Origin: Methanothermobacter thermautotrophicus str. Delta H
Lineage (GTDB): Archaea > Methanobacteriota > Methanobacteria > Methanobacteriales > Methanothermobacteraceae
DNA: 32,000 bases
Reading direction: 5' to 3'
Assembly: GCF_000008645.1 (NCBI RefSeq)
Contig: NC_000916.1
Span: 1,650,001 to 1,682,000, forward strand
The number at the start of each line of letters is the position of its first letter. The first letter of the stretch is position 1. Below, in pieces: positions 1 to 9,441 of this stretch. The position numbers and the translations under genes were made by a program. The notes beneath the pieces were generated by a model. The model did no database searches. It worked only from the letters and a program-made list of their open reading frames with translations, and was not told the DNA's origin.

Positions 1-2
1 AG

Positions 3-1358
3 GGGGGATTCACCTTTGACATGGGACCATCATGGTACCTCATGCCAGACGTCTTTGAAAACTTCTTCGCAGAGTTCAATGCCAGGCCAGAGGATTTCTA
101 TGACCTCAAAAAACTTGAACCAGCATACCGCGTATTCTTTGACGGGGGAAGGGTAGTTGATGTATCATCTGATATTGAAAAGAACTATGAACTCTTTGAC
201 AGCTTTGAGGAAGATGGGGGTGAAAGACTCAGGGAGTACCTGGAATCAGCCGGTAAACTCTACGACTCGGTTGTGAAGGAAATGCTCTACAGGGACTACA
301 GGTCAGTCCTGGACTTCCTTAATGGAAAGCTCCTGCTACAGGGATTGAGGCTCAACATACTCGAATCTCTTGAACACTTCGTTAACAGGCGATTTAAGAG
401 TGACGAGGCCCGCAAGATACTCCAGTACTCAATGGGATTCCTTGGAAGCGCACCACAGAACACACCCTCAATGTATCATATAATGTCCCATATCGACATG
501 ACCCTTGGAGTCTTCTACCCTGAGGGGGGTATAAGGAGGGTTGCCCAATCAATATATGAACTCGCCCTTGAACATGGAGCCAGATTCCACTTCAACGAGG
601 AGGTTAAAAGGATAGAGGTAATCGATGGAGTGGCAACATCTATCATAACCGACAGGAACATCTATGAAGCTGATGCGGTCCTGGTGAATGCGGATTACCC
701 CCACAGTGAACTGGAACTTCTTGATGAACCCCACAGGACCTATGATGAGGCATACTGGGAGTCCAGGGTAATGGCACCATCAGCCTTTGTAGCCTACCTC
801 GGAGTTGACAGGGTTATAGATGCCCTTGAACACCACAACCTCTTCCTGGAGAGGGACTGGGCCGATAAATTCCAGGAGGTATTTGACCCCCGGAGGGCGA
901 GGTGGCCAGAGAGACCATCCTACTATGTGAATGTACCATCACGGACAGATACGACTGCTGCCCCCCAGGGATCAGACACCCTCTTCATACTGGTCCCCCT
1001 CGCGCCGGGCATGGAGGATAACGAGGAACTCAGGGAGGGCCTCTACCGGAGGGTCATGGATGACCTTGAGAGGAAGGTGGGTGAAAATATACGTGACCAT
1101 GTTGTTGTGAAGAGGATATTCGCCATAAATGATTTCAGGGACCGTTACAATGCATACAGGGGCACAGCCCTGGGTCTTTCCCATACACTCAGACAGACAG
1201 CCCTCTGGAGACCATCACATAAGAGTAAGAAGGTTAAGAACCTCTATTACACGGGACATTACACCCATCCAGGTATAGGCGTGCCGATGACACTTATCTC
1301 CTCCCAGATAGTCTGCAACGAGATGATGGATGATATGGGAATTAATCCGGATGGATGA
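3..1358 (+). CDS. crtI: Phytoene desaturase (CrtI family), 5'-truncated by the window edge
   Basis: The open frame runs upstream of the listed Met. Positions 3-20 read GGFTFD, continuing into MGPSWYLMPDVFE, the classic CrtI N-terminal region. The C-terminal YYTGHYTHPGIGVPMTLISSQIV matches the CrtI signature. Confidence 0.93.
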   Translation, partial: GGFTFDMGPSWYLMPDVFENFFAEFNARPEDFYDLKKLEPAYRVFFDGGRVVDVSSDIEKNYELFDSFEEDGGERLREYLESAGKLYDSVVKEMLYRDYRSVLDFLNGKLLLQGLRLNILESLEHFVNRRFKSDEARKILQYSMGFLGSAPQNTPSMYHIMSHIDMTLGVFYPEGGIRRVAQSIYELALEHGARFHFNEEVKRIEVIDGVATSIITDRNIYEADAVLVNADYPHSELELLDEPHRTYDEAYWESRVMAPSAFVAYLGVDRVIDALEHHNLFLERDWADKFQEVFDPRRARWPERPSYYVNVPSRTDTTAAPQGSDTLFILVPLAPGMEDNEELREGLYRRVMDDLERKVGENIRDHVVVKRIFAINDFRDRYNAYRGTALGLSHTLRQTALWRPSHKSKKVKNLYYTGHYTHPGIGVPMTLISSQIVCNEMMDDMGINPDG

Positions 1359-1395
1359 TTTTTACTGTATAAACCTATTAATGGGTGATATAACT

Positions 1396-2250
1396 TTGAT
1401 TGACGGGAAAATTTACTCAATATTTAAGCGTGGAAGCAAAACATACTTCTACAGCACGCTATTCTTCCCAAAGGATGTCAGGAGAGACGTTTTTATACTC
1501 TACAGCTTCCTTCGAAAGGCCGATGACTACGTTGACCGGGTACCGCAGGATACTGATGGGTTCTATGAATTTGTGGAAAGGTACCGGAGAGCATACTCCG
1601 GTGAAATCACAGGTGACGTGGTGGTTGATTCCTTCGTGGAGCTTTCAGAGAGAAAAAATTTTGAAGATGAGTGGACAGAGGCCTTCCTGAGGTCCATGGA
1701 GATGGATATAACAGTATCATCCTACAGTACAATGTCTGCCCTCGAAGAGTACCTCCTTGGTTCATCAGAGGTCGTGGGGCTCTTCATGGCATCCATAATG
1801 GGCCTCCACACGGATTCATACCACCATGCAAGGTACCTTGGAAGGGCCATGCAGTACGTTAACTTCATAAGGGACATTGCAGAGGACATTGAGCTTGGAA
1901 GGCTATACTTTCCGATGGACGAACTTGAAAGGTTCGGACTCCAATCCCTTGATCCTGATGAGATAAGGGGGAGGGAGGATAATTTCCGGTCATTTCTGAG
2001 GGCCCAGATAGACATCTACAGGGACTGGCAGAGGACAGCTGAGAGGGGCTACCGGTACATCCCCTACCGTTACCTGGTACCCATAAAGACAGCGGCTGAC
2101 ATGTACATGTGGACATCAAGGATCATTGAAAGGGACCCCATGATAGTCTACAGCCGAAAGGTGAAGCCGTCAGGGGGCCGTGTGGTATCCGGGGCGGTAT
2201 TTAACATGTTCCGCCTCATGGGTCCTCTCAGGGTCAGCAGAGGTCCATGA
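1396..2250 (+). CDS. crtB: Phytoene/squalene synthase family (CrtB-like); start probably TTG at 1396 (ORF track gives 1330)
   Basis: Contains KIYSIFKRGSKTYFYSTLFFP, RKADDYVDRVPQ, YVNFIRDIAEDIELGRLYFPMDEL. A GGGTGAT SD (1383-1389) lies 6 nt before TTG 1396. Confidence 0.88.
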   Translation: MIDGKIYSIFKRGSKTYFYSTLFFPKDVRRDVFILYSFLRKADDYVDRVPQDTDGFYEFVERYRRAYSGEITGDVVVDSFVELSERKNFEDEWTEAFLRSMEMDITVSSYSTMSALEEYLLGSSEVVGLFMASIMGLHTDSYHHARYLGRAMQYVNFIRDIAEDIELGRLYFPMDELERFGLQSLDPDEIRGREDNFRSFLRAQIDIYRDWQRTAERGYRYIPYRYLVPIKTAADMYMWTSRIIERDPMIVYSRKVKPSGGRVVSGAVFNMFRLMGPLRVSRGP

Positions 2251-2269
2251 CCTTCGGGGCAGTGTTCAG

Positions 2270-3136
2270 ATGAATGTTCTTGGAGACTATGCGAGATTTC
2301 TCTTCAGGATATCCAGGTTCAGGTTCTGGATCTACACAGGCGGAACCTATGTGATAGGATACACCCTGGCCGCGTCAGGATTTGCAGATTTCCTCTCACC
2401 TGCCTACTACCTCTACCTGATATACTTTTTCTTTCCGGCCAGTATCTTCATATACGGGGTTAATGACTGGTGGGATGAGGAAACCGACATTCTGAACCCC
2501 AAGAAGGGCTCCAGAGAACATATGCTGGCCCAGGATGAGAGAAAAAGATTGAAGAGATCGATAATACTAGTAACCGTCATCAGCTTCCTTATGATGCTAT
2601 CACAGACACTTACGGAGGCCCTAATTTTCATGGGATTCCTTTTTTTATCATACTTCTACAGCGCACCCCCACTTCGCTTCAAGGAGAGACCCTTCCTGGA
2701 TTTCTCATCCAACTACCTCTATATAATGCCGGGAATATTCGCATACAACCTTGCATCGGGCGCCCTTCCGGACCCGCTGATCCTCTTTGCCGGTTACTGC
2801 CATGTTGCAGCCATGCACATCTTCTCGGCCGTACCTGATACTGAATATGACAGAATTGCAGGTATAAACACCACCCCCGTTTTCATCGGCAGAAGACCGG
2901 CCCTTGCACTTTCAGCCTTCTTCTGGTTACTGCTATCCATTATAACAGTATTCGTTACAGGATTCCATCCACTGAGCTTCCTGGTATTCATATACCCGGC
3001 ATTTCCCCTTTCAGTGCTTCTAATAAGGAGAATAAGAATAGAGAAGATATACTGGTATTTACCCCATGTTAACACTGCCCTCGGCGGCCTTCTATTCCTT
3101 GCACTCATAAACTACAGGGTGTTTCACTGGATATAA
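2270..3136 (+). CDS. UbiA-family prenyltransferase, lycopene elongase-like
   Basis: Polytopic membrane protein with the aspartate-rich motif NDWWDEETD and a second motif SAVPDTEYDRIAGI typical of UbiA/lycopene elongase proteins. Start placed at ATG 2270 (MNVLGDYARFLFRISRFRFWIYTGG). Confidence 0.85.
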   Translation: MNVLGDYARFLFRISRFRFWIYTGGTYVIGYTLAASGFADFLSPAYYLYLIYFFFPASIFIYGVNDWWDEETDILNPKKGSREHMLAQDERKRLKRSIILVTVISFLMMLSQTLTEALIFMGFLFLSYFYSAPPLRFKERPFLDFSSNYLYIMPGIFAYNLASGALPDPLILFAGYCHVAAMHIFSAVPDTEYDRIAGINTTPVFIGRRPALALSAFFWLLLSIITVFVTGFHPLSFLVFIYPAFPLSVLLIRRIRIEKIYWYLPHVNTALGGLLFLALINYRVFHWI

Positions 3137-3150
3137 CCCAACGGGATACT

Positions 3151-3897
3151 TCACCATAATTTAAACCTGGGTGTTCTTAATATGAGTGCAATGAGCATGA
3201 GGCCTGCAATGAAGGGTATCTCAAGGCCAAGGAAGAGGCAGGCACCTGTCCAGAAACACATTATCAGGTAAAGACTTGATACAGCACCATTACCCATCTC
3301 CTGCAGGGAGTCACCGGGCACTGCCAGTGAGATCAGTGCAGCCCCCAGACCTGAGAGAATCCAGCCCGCGAAGTTCTGTAGTGGAACCCCATAGAAGATC
3401 CCCGGATTCACCCACACCCAGAATTTGAGGGCAACTGCAGCCGGGTCAATAACCACGTCGGTTAATGCAGCAATAAGGGCCGCCAGGATCAGAAATTTAA
3501 CCCTGCCCTCAACACACTCCTTTGCAAGGTAGGCGGATCCAAGGAACAGGGGTAGCCACGCGAATGGAACCGTGAAGGGGGTGTAGCCTAGTATCTTCAG
3601 GCCGATCATATCACCGTAGTAGAACTCAGAGTAGGGAAAACCGGTTATTATGGCAAGGGTTTCAATCGAAATTGCATAGATGCCAAGAACGAGTATCAGT
3701 AAAAAGCCACGGGACCCGAGGCTCCTTATGGTTGATATGAATGATGGAACAGCCATTGAAATTATGAATATAACTGATACGATCCAGTAACCCTCTATTC
3801 TCATGCCGGTAACAGGGTATGAGCTCAGAGCAAGTATGATACCCGTCAGCAGTATCATCAGGGAGGTCCTTCCGGCTTTATCAGACATACTGAACAC
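3151..3897 (-). CDS. Carotenoid biosynthesis membrane protein, CruF/DUF422-like (C50 carotenoid hydratase family)
   Basis: Multi-TM protein with EFYYGDMIG, TPFTVPFAWLPLFLGSAYLA, DVVIDPAAVALKFWVW, FYGVPLQNFAGWILSG, characteristic of CruF/DUF422. Convergent with the crt genes. Confidence 0.82.
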   Translation of the reverse strand: MFSMSDKAGRTSLMILLTGIILALSSYPVTGMRIEGYWIVSVIFIISMAVPSFISTIRSLGSRGFLLILVLGIYAISIETLAIITGFPYSEFYYGDMIGLKILGYTPFTVPFAWLPLFLGSAYLAKECVEGRVKFLILAALIAALTDVVIDPAAVALKFWVWVNPGIFYGVPLQNFAGWILSGLGAALISLAVPGDSLQEMGNGAVSSLYLIMCFWTGACLFLGLEIPFIAGLMLIALILRTPRFKLW

Positions 3898-3910
3898 CTT
3901 TGCGGATCAT

Positions 3911-4729
3911 TCATACTCCAGATCTCCAGCCGTACACATCAGGCCTTCTGTTTCTCAGGAGGGGAAGCTTCCTCCGGATCCTCTCCACGGCTTCCAGGTC
4001 AATATCTGCTGTGATCACAGAGGGGGATGCATCGGCCTCACAGACGACAGAGCCCCAGGGATCAGCGATCATAGAGTGGCCATAGGCAACATAGGACGCT
4101 GAGGGGTTCCTTGCAGGTGATGCAGCAACACAGTAGCACTGGTTATCCAGGGCCCTTGACCTTACAAGGAGCCTCCAGTGGGCCGGTCCGGTTGTCATAT
4201 TGAATGCCCCCGGGAATATAAGGACCTCTGCACCCCCTAGGGCCATCATCCTTGAAAGTTCAGGGAAACGCATATCATAGCATATCCCCACACCCATAAC
4301 GCACTGGGGAGTTTCTATAACGGTCACGGAGTCGCCTGCAATCAGGCTATCTGATTCCCTGAAGCTTATCTCTCCGGGAACATTGATGTCGAAGAGGTGG
4401 ACCTTGCGATGCTTCCCGATGATGTTCCCACCATCGTCCATCACAAAGGAGGTGTTGTAGATGCCTTCAGGTGTTTCCTCGGGGATGGAACCTGCGACCA
4501 GGTGGATCCCCAGTTCCCTGGCAATTGACCTCATGGTTCTTATGGAGTATCCATTCTCATCCTCTGCATACTCTGAAAAAAGGTTTACATCGTAGGGGCA
4601 TGTGAACATCTCAGGAAGCACAATGAGCCGGGCGCCTCTCTCAGCGGCCTCCACAATCATCTCAACGGCAGTACCAACATTCTTCTCTTTATCTTCGGTT
4701 ACCTGCATCTGGCATATTCCAAGCCTCAT
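3911..4729 (-). CDS. Carbon-nitrogen hydrolase (nitrilase/omega-amidase superfamily)
   Basis: Glu-Lys-Cys triad context: LIVLPEMFTCPY, GKHRKVHLFD, GVGICYDMRFPE. Confidence 0.9.
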   Translation of the reverse strand: MRLGICQMQVTEDKEKNVGTAVEMIVEAAERGARLIVLPEMFTCPYDVNLFSEYAEDENGYSIRTMRSIARELGIHLVAGSIPEETPEGIYNTSFVMDDGGNIIGKHRKVHLFDINVPGEISFRESDSLIAGDSVTVIETPQCVMGVGICYDMRFPELSRMMALGGAEVLIFPGAFNMTTGPAHWRLLVRSRALDNQCYCVAASPARNPSASYVAYGHSMIADPWGSVVCEADASPSVITADIDLEAVERIRRKLPLLRNRRPDVYGWRSGV

Positions 4730-4747
4730 AGAGACACTTCCATAAAT

Positions 4748-5302
4748 TCAGGTGAAGGAAACATTTTCCAGGAGGATCTTAAGACCGATGAGGATGAGGA
4801 TCAGGCCTCCAAGGGCCTCAAGACGGTTTTCAAATATGTGGCCCACCCTCTCGCCTATGTAGCTACCGGCAAGTGATAGTATGAATGTGATGAGACCTAT
4901 GACAATTACCGGGAGCCATATGGATATGTCAAGGAGGGCGAAGCTCACACCCACTGCGAAGGCATCGATGCTGGTTGCAATTGAGAGTACAAGGAGTTCA
5001 CGGTAACTGAAAATGAATTCTTCCTCCTCCATGATCAGGCTTTCATAGATCATTTTAAGGCCTATTATGAGGAGCAAAATGAATGCTGCCCAGGGTGCAA
5101 GGGCTGATACGAGCCTCTGGATTTCAAGACCAGACACCCATCCAAGAACTGGCATGGCAGCCTGGAAGGTTCCGAAGGATAGTGCGGATATCAGGGCGTA
5201 GTTTGTCTCTGATTCATGGAGTGCAAGGCCCCGGCTCACAGATATGCTGAAGGCGTCCATTGCAAGGCCAACTCCTATGAGCACCATTGATAGAAGATCC
5301 AT
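4748..5302 (-). CDS. mntP: Manganese efflux pump MntP family (DUF204)
   Basis: Six-TM protein with paired AMDAFSISVSRG and SIDAFAVGVSFALL Asp-containing motifs typical of MntP. Confidence 0.87.
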   Translation of the reverse strand: MDLLSMVLIGVGLAMDAFSISVSRGLALHESETNYALISALSFGTFQAAMPVLGWVSGLEIQRLVSALAPWAAFILLLIIGLKMIYESLIMEEEEFIFSYRELLVLSIATSIDAFAVGVSFALLDISIWLPVIVIGLITFILSLAGSYIGERVGHIFENRLEALGGLILILIGLKILLENVSFT

Positions 5303-5370
5303 TATTATCCTCTCTTACTTTAATAATCATACCTTCTTTCTTACCCTATTTAAACCCACCACCCCCGGGA

Positions 5371-5386
5371 AAACCTTTATATATAA
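5371..5386 (+). promoter_or_regulatory. Likely TATA-box promoter for the htrA-like gene (CCTTTATATATAAGG)
   Basis: Strong TATA-like match in the divergent mntP/htrA intergenic region. Confidence 0.5.
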
Positions 5387-5483
5387 GGACTTTTAATAAC
5401 TTAATTTAACTAAAAATTCAGTAACCTGAAAAAAGTTCCAGAACATTTAAAATAAACTTAAAAACCAATTAAAAGTTAGAAAA

Positions 5484-6470
5484 ATGATCGAATCAAAATA
5501 TACTAACAAGGGATCTGATTTTAGTGAAACAGAACTTGAAGAGCAGGAAATAATGGATGCCTACTCAGAGGCTGTTATGGGTGCAGCCGATAGAGTGAGC
5601 CCCTCCGTTGTAAGGGTAACAACGGTGGCCCGATCAAAAAACAGGACCGTGGGTGGAGGTTCAGGTCTCATATACACTGAATACGGGCATATAATCACAA
5701 ACAGTCATGTTGTCCACGGATCAGAGAGAATTGAAGTAACACTGAACACAGGGGAAGAGTACCGGGCAACTGTTGTTGGTGATGACCCCCACACAGACAT
5801 CTCGGTCCTGAAAATCGAACCTCAGCATGAACTCAGAACACCTGAATTTGCAGACTCCAGCAGGGTGAGGGTGGGACAGCTTGCCCTGGCAATAGGCAAC
5901 CCCTTCGGGTTCCAGTTCACAGTAACAGCAGGAGTTGTGAGTGCAACCGGCAGATCCCTGCGGACCATGACAGGGAGGCTCGTGGATGGGGTTATACAGA
6001 CAGATGCAGCACTAAACCCTGGAAAATCAGGCGGACCACTGGTTGATTTTCGCGGAAGGGTCCTGGGGATAAACACGGCCCTTATAAGACCTGCTCAGGG
6101 GCTTTGCTTTGCAATACCATCAAATACAGTCAGGGAAGTCGCAGATAAACTTATAGAGGATGGTAAAATAAGAAGGGCCCACCTGGGAGTGGCCTGCCAG
6201 AACATGGTGCTGAAGCCAGAAACAGTTGAGAAACTGAAACTGAATTCGGATAGGGGAGTTATGGTTGCATCACTCTCAGATGGTCCGGCAGGAGATGCTG
6301 GAGTCATGCGTGGTGATATCATAATAGCCCTCGACGGCGAAGCAGTTGAAACAGTCGATGACCTTCACAGAATCCTCAATGAGGAAAGGATCGGTATGGA
6401 ATGTGATCTGGATGTCATAAGGGGGTCTGAGATCTTTAAAATCTCTGTGAAACCATCAGAACTGGAATAA
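5484..6470 (+). CDS. HtrA/DegP-like trypsin-fold serine protease with one PDZ domain, no obvious signal peptide
   Basis: SPSVVRVTT, ITNSHVVHGSE (His), HTDISVLKI (Asp), AALNPGKSGGPLVDFRGRVLGINTA, GRRAHLGV-like PDZ region, GVMVASLSDGPAGDAGVMRGDIIIALDG. The catalytic Ser context reads GKSGGPL. Confidence 0.9.
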   Translation: MIESKYTNKGSDFSETELEEQEIMDAYSEAVMGAADRVSPSVVRVTTVARSKNRTVGGGSGLIYTEYGHIITNSHVVHGSERIEVTLNTGEEYRATVVGDDPHTDISVLKIEPQHELRTPEFADSSRVRVGQLALAIGNPFGFQFTVTAGVVSATGRSLRTMTGRLVDGVIQTDAALNPGKSGGPLVDFRGRVLGINTALIRPAQGLCFAIPSNTVREVADKLIEDGKIRRAHLGVACQNMVLKPETVEKLKLNSDRGVMVASLSDGPAGDAGVMRGDIIIALDGEAVETVDDLHRILNEERIGMECDLDVIRGSEIFKISVKPSELE

Positions 6471-6538
6471 GCCCATCTAAAGTTTTATTAAGAGGGGGTG
6501 CCAGACTAATTCTGGAGACCCCATTGGCAGTGGTTTGA

Positions 6539-7435
6539 ATGAATACAACTGAAAAGCTGGATAAAATCGACACATCACTCAGAAATGTGGGATACATACC
6601 GAGCAGGGACATCATCATAACCCTTTTTCTCTCATCGGAACTGAAAAAACCTGTTCTCGTGGAGGGCCCGCCCGGGACCGGTAAAACACTTCTAGCTAAA
6701 AAAACTGCAGAGGCACTGGGAAGAGAGTTCTTCAGGATACAGTGCTATGAGGGCATAACCTTCGAGCAGATAGTCGGAGAATGGAACTACCAGAAACAGC
6801 TTCTGAGCCTTGAAAAGTCACGAATCCATGGATCCGATGAAGACGTCTTCAGGGAGGATTACTTCATAAAAAGACCACTCCTATCGGCATTCATCAACGA
6901 GAAACCCTCACTGCTCCTGATAGATGAGATAGACAAGGCAGATGAGGAGGTCGAGAGTTTCCTCCTCCAGGCCCTCGGTGAGAAGCAGATAACGGTCAAT
7001 GACCTTGGAACCTTTGACCTGCGAAATGATATAATGGTTTTCCTCACCTCCAACTCCCAGAGGAACCTCCTCGACGAGACAAGGGACAGGTGCCTTTACA
7101 TCCACATTGATTACCCTGACCCTGAACGTGAGATGGAGATCGTGAGGGCTCACGTTCCATCAGCACCTGAGGGCCTCATCAGGGAAACTGTAATGCTCAT
7201 AAACAGGATAAGGGGGCTGGGAATCATCAAGAAACCCTCCATAAGGGCCACCGTGGACTGGATCAGGACCATCATGGCCCTTGGAAAGGATAGCCTGGAC
7301 TCCGATACTCTTAAGGAAACCCTTGGAGTTGTTATAAAGAACAGGGCGGATGAAGCAAAGGTCCTTGATCTTGTGGAATCGGTTGAGGGGAAAGATGAAG
7401 AGGATCATTCATCTATCAAACATATTAAGGGATAG
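6539..7435 (+). CDS. MoxR-family AAA+ ATPase
   Basis: Walker [16 protein letters not shown], Walker [14 protein letters not shown], and MoxR-type organisation next to a VWA/CoxE-like gene. Confidence 0.9.
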   Translation: MNTTEKLDKIDTSLRNVGYIPSRDIIITLFLSSELKKPVLVEGPPGTGKTLLAKKTAEALGREFFRIQCYEGITFEQIVGEWNYQKQLLSLEKSRIHGSDEDVFREDYFIKRPLLSAFINEKPSLLLIDEIDKADEEVESFLLQALGEKQITVNDLGTFDLRNDIMVFLTSNSQRNLLDETRDRCLYIHIDYPDPEREMEIVRAHVPSAPEGLIRETVMLINRIRGLGIIKKPSIRATVDWIRTIMALGKDSLDSDTLKETLGVVIKNRADEAKVLDLVESVEGKDEEDHSSIKHIKG

Positions 7436-8504
7436 GGGGGTCCCGGTAAGCATAAGGGGCACCATGGACGCATCTGAGGCCTATCGAATATTTAAGGGGA
7501 GGCCTGAACTCAGGGATGCCCTCTTCTCGGTTTACGTTAAGGACCCAAGACACGCAGGCGCATTCATGGAGGCCTACGAGGAGATCTTCGGAGTTCCAGC
7601 GAAAAATGAATCAGAGGAATCAGGAGAAGGCGAGGGACTACATCACCTAAGGTCATCAGAAAATTTTTCAGGCAATTCAGAGGCGGAAATGGGAATTGAT
7701 GAGCTTTCACAGCTCAAACCCGAAATTGAGGAGTTAACTGACCCTTCAATGGATGTGGCCGCAGTCATGGACAGGGACATGTCCACCCTCAATTCATTCG
7801 ACCCGGAGATATTTGAGCTATGCCGCAGACTTGGAATAAAAATTGCCAACAGAAGATCAAGGAGGCTACGCCAGTCCAGGAGGATGAAGCCGGATATAAG
7901 GCGGAGCATAAGGAAGAACATTAAACATGGGGGCACAGTGCTTGAACTTATACGCTCAGAACCGAGGGAGAGGAAGAGCCAGCACATATTCCTCAGTGAT
8001 GTGAGCGGGTCTTGTGACTGGATAAGCAACTGGTTCTTCTGCATAATCTACGCAGCCCAGCGCACATTCTACCGTTCACGATTCTTTGACTTCGACAGCC
8101 GAATAGTTGAGACAACCCACCTGCTGGATGAGGACGACCTCTACGATGCCTTCAGGAATCTCAGGGAGTCAAGAATCAGGAATTTAATGATCCACGGAAC
8201 ATCCAATATGTACACAGCATTCAGGGATTTTATTGAAGGCGTAACCTTCACAGGAAAATCATACATAGTTATCCTCTCAGACTGCAGGGACTGGGCCGGT
8301 CCAAGGAGGGATGGTATCCCTGAGAGCGTTGAACTGGTAGCTGAGATGTCAGAGAGGGCCCGGAAGGTTCTGATACTTAACCCTGAACCTGAAAAGAAGT
8401 GGGACGTCGTGGATAGCTGTGTTTCACTTTACCGGGATGCCGGGGCAAGCGTGATGGAGGTCAGGACACTCAGACAGCTTGCAGAGGTTATAGAAGGGCT
8501 TTAA
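7395..8504 (+). CDS. VWA-domain protein, CoxE-like (MoxR partner); start likely ATG 7395 overlapping moxR
   Basis: MIDAS-like [60 protein letters not shown]. Overlaps the MoxR 3' end by about 41 nt. The ORF track lists a start at 7350. Confidence 0.82.
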
Positions 8505-9262
8505 AGGAAATTATCCAGTGTAACGCCCCTGTTTGATCTCAGCTCCCGTGGGGGTTCGATCTCCCTGAACTCAAGGCCCTCCTCCTCCAGCATCTCCATG
8601 GCATCATGGGTTATGGATGGAGCCACGAGAACACCACGCACACCCACCCTATCCTCCCTGAACTCATCAACATACCTTTTAAGCTGTTTAACTGCACTCA
8701 CTCCGGCCTTCCTGCTTTTAAGCTCAATTATCATGAGGGAACCATTCTCATCCTTTCCCAGTATGTCAATGAAGCCTGAAGTGACGGCATACTCCCTTGC
8801 AACGGGCCGGAAACCCTTCTCAATGAGGTGGGGGTGCATGATTATCATATCACCCATATCGTTCTCATGACCTGCAACCATGAGATCATGGACGTCCCTT
8901 GCAAGGTAATATGATACAAGGTGGGCCTCATGGATTTCGACCTCAAGGCGCTCTTCAGGGTCCCTCCGGATACTCTCGAGGTAGAGGCTGCCCCTCTTGA
9001 TATAGGCACGTGACCTTGATTTGGGTGGCTGCCAGTTAACAGGATCCACCTTACGGTCCTGGTGCACCATGAAGGTCCCATCGGGTTTTATGACGATCAG
9101 CCTTTCACCGGCATCAAGCCTGCTCCTTGCACGACCCTCATAGGATGCACTGCAGCAGGCGAGTATCACCACAAGGGCCCTCTTCCTTATACCATCCTCT
9201 ATTAAACGGTAGGCCTCCTTTATCGACGGATTTTCAGATACCTTGCACTTCATGCAGTTCAC
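8501..9262 (-). CDS. nucS: Endonuclease NucS (RecB-like nuclease, mismatch/branched DNA endonuclease family)
   Basis: C-terminal nuclease motifs [37 protein letters not shown]. The N-terminal domain with DGTFMVHQ and PVNWQPP matches NucS/EndoMS. Confidence 0.9.
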
Positions 9263-9441
9263 ATTCAGCGTTTATTGAAAAGTTCAGTCAGTTAACTGTA
9301 ACTGGTACTCAGTGATCGCAGATCACCGGGCAACTAAATCTACCCTGTCAGTGTAAATATTAATATCGACCCTGATATAAACTATAGTCTGTCTGAGAGA
9401 TTTTATGTCTACCTTACGAACTGTGAGCTGGAGAAAGTTGT

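Noticed and set aside
7643-8044. 133-aa minus-strand ORF opposite the VWA gene
   Set aside because: Fully contained antisense to a gene with recognisable motifs. No SD or family match.
9263-9441. Small palindrome CAGTTAACTG and flanking region between nucS and htpX as a regulatory RNA
   Set aside because: A short self-complementary word is expected by chance. No extended pairing or RNA-like structure was evident by eye.
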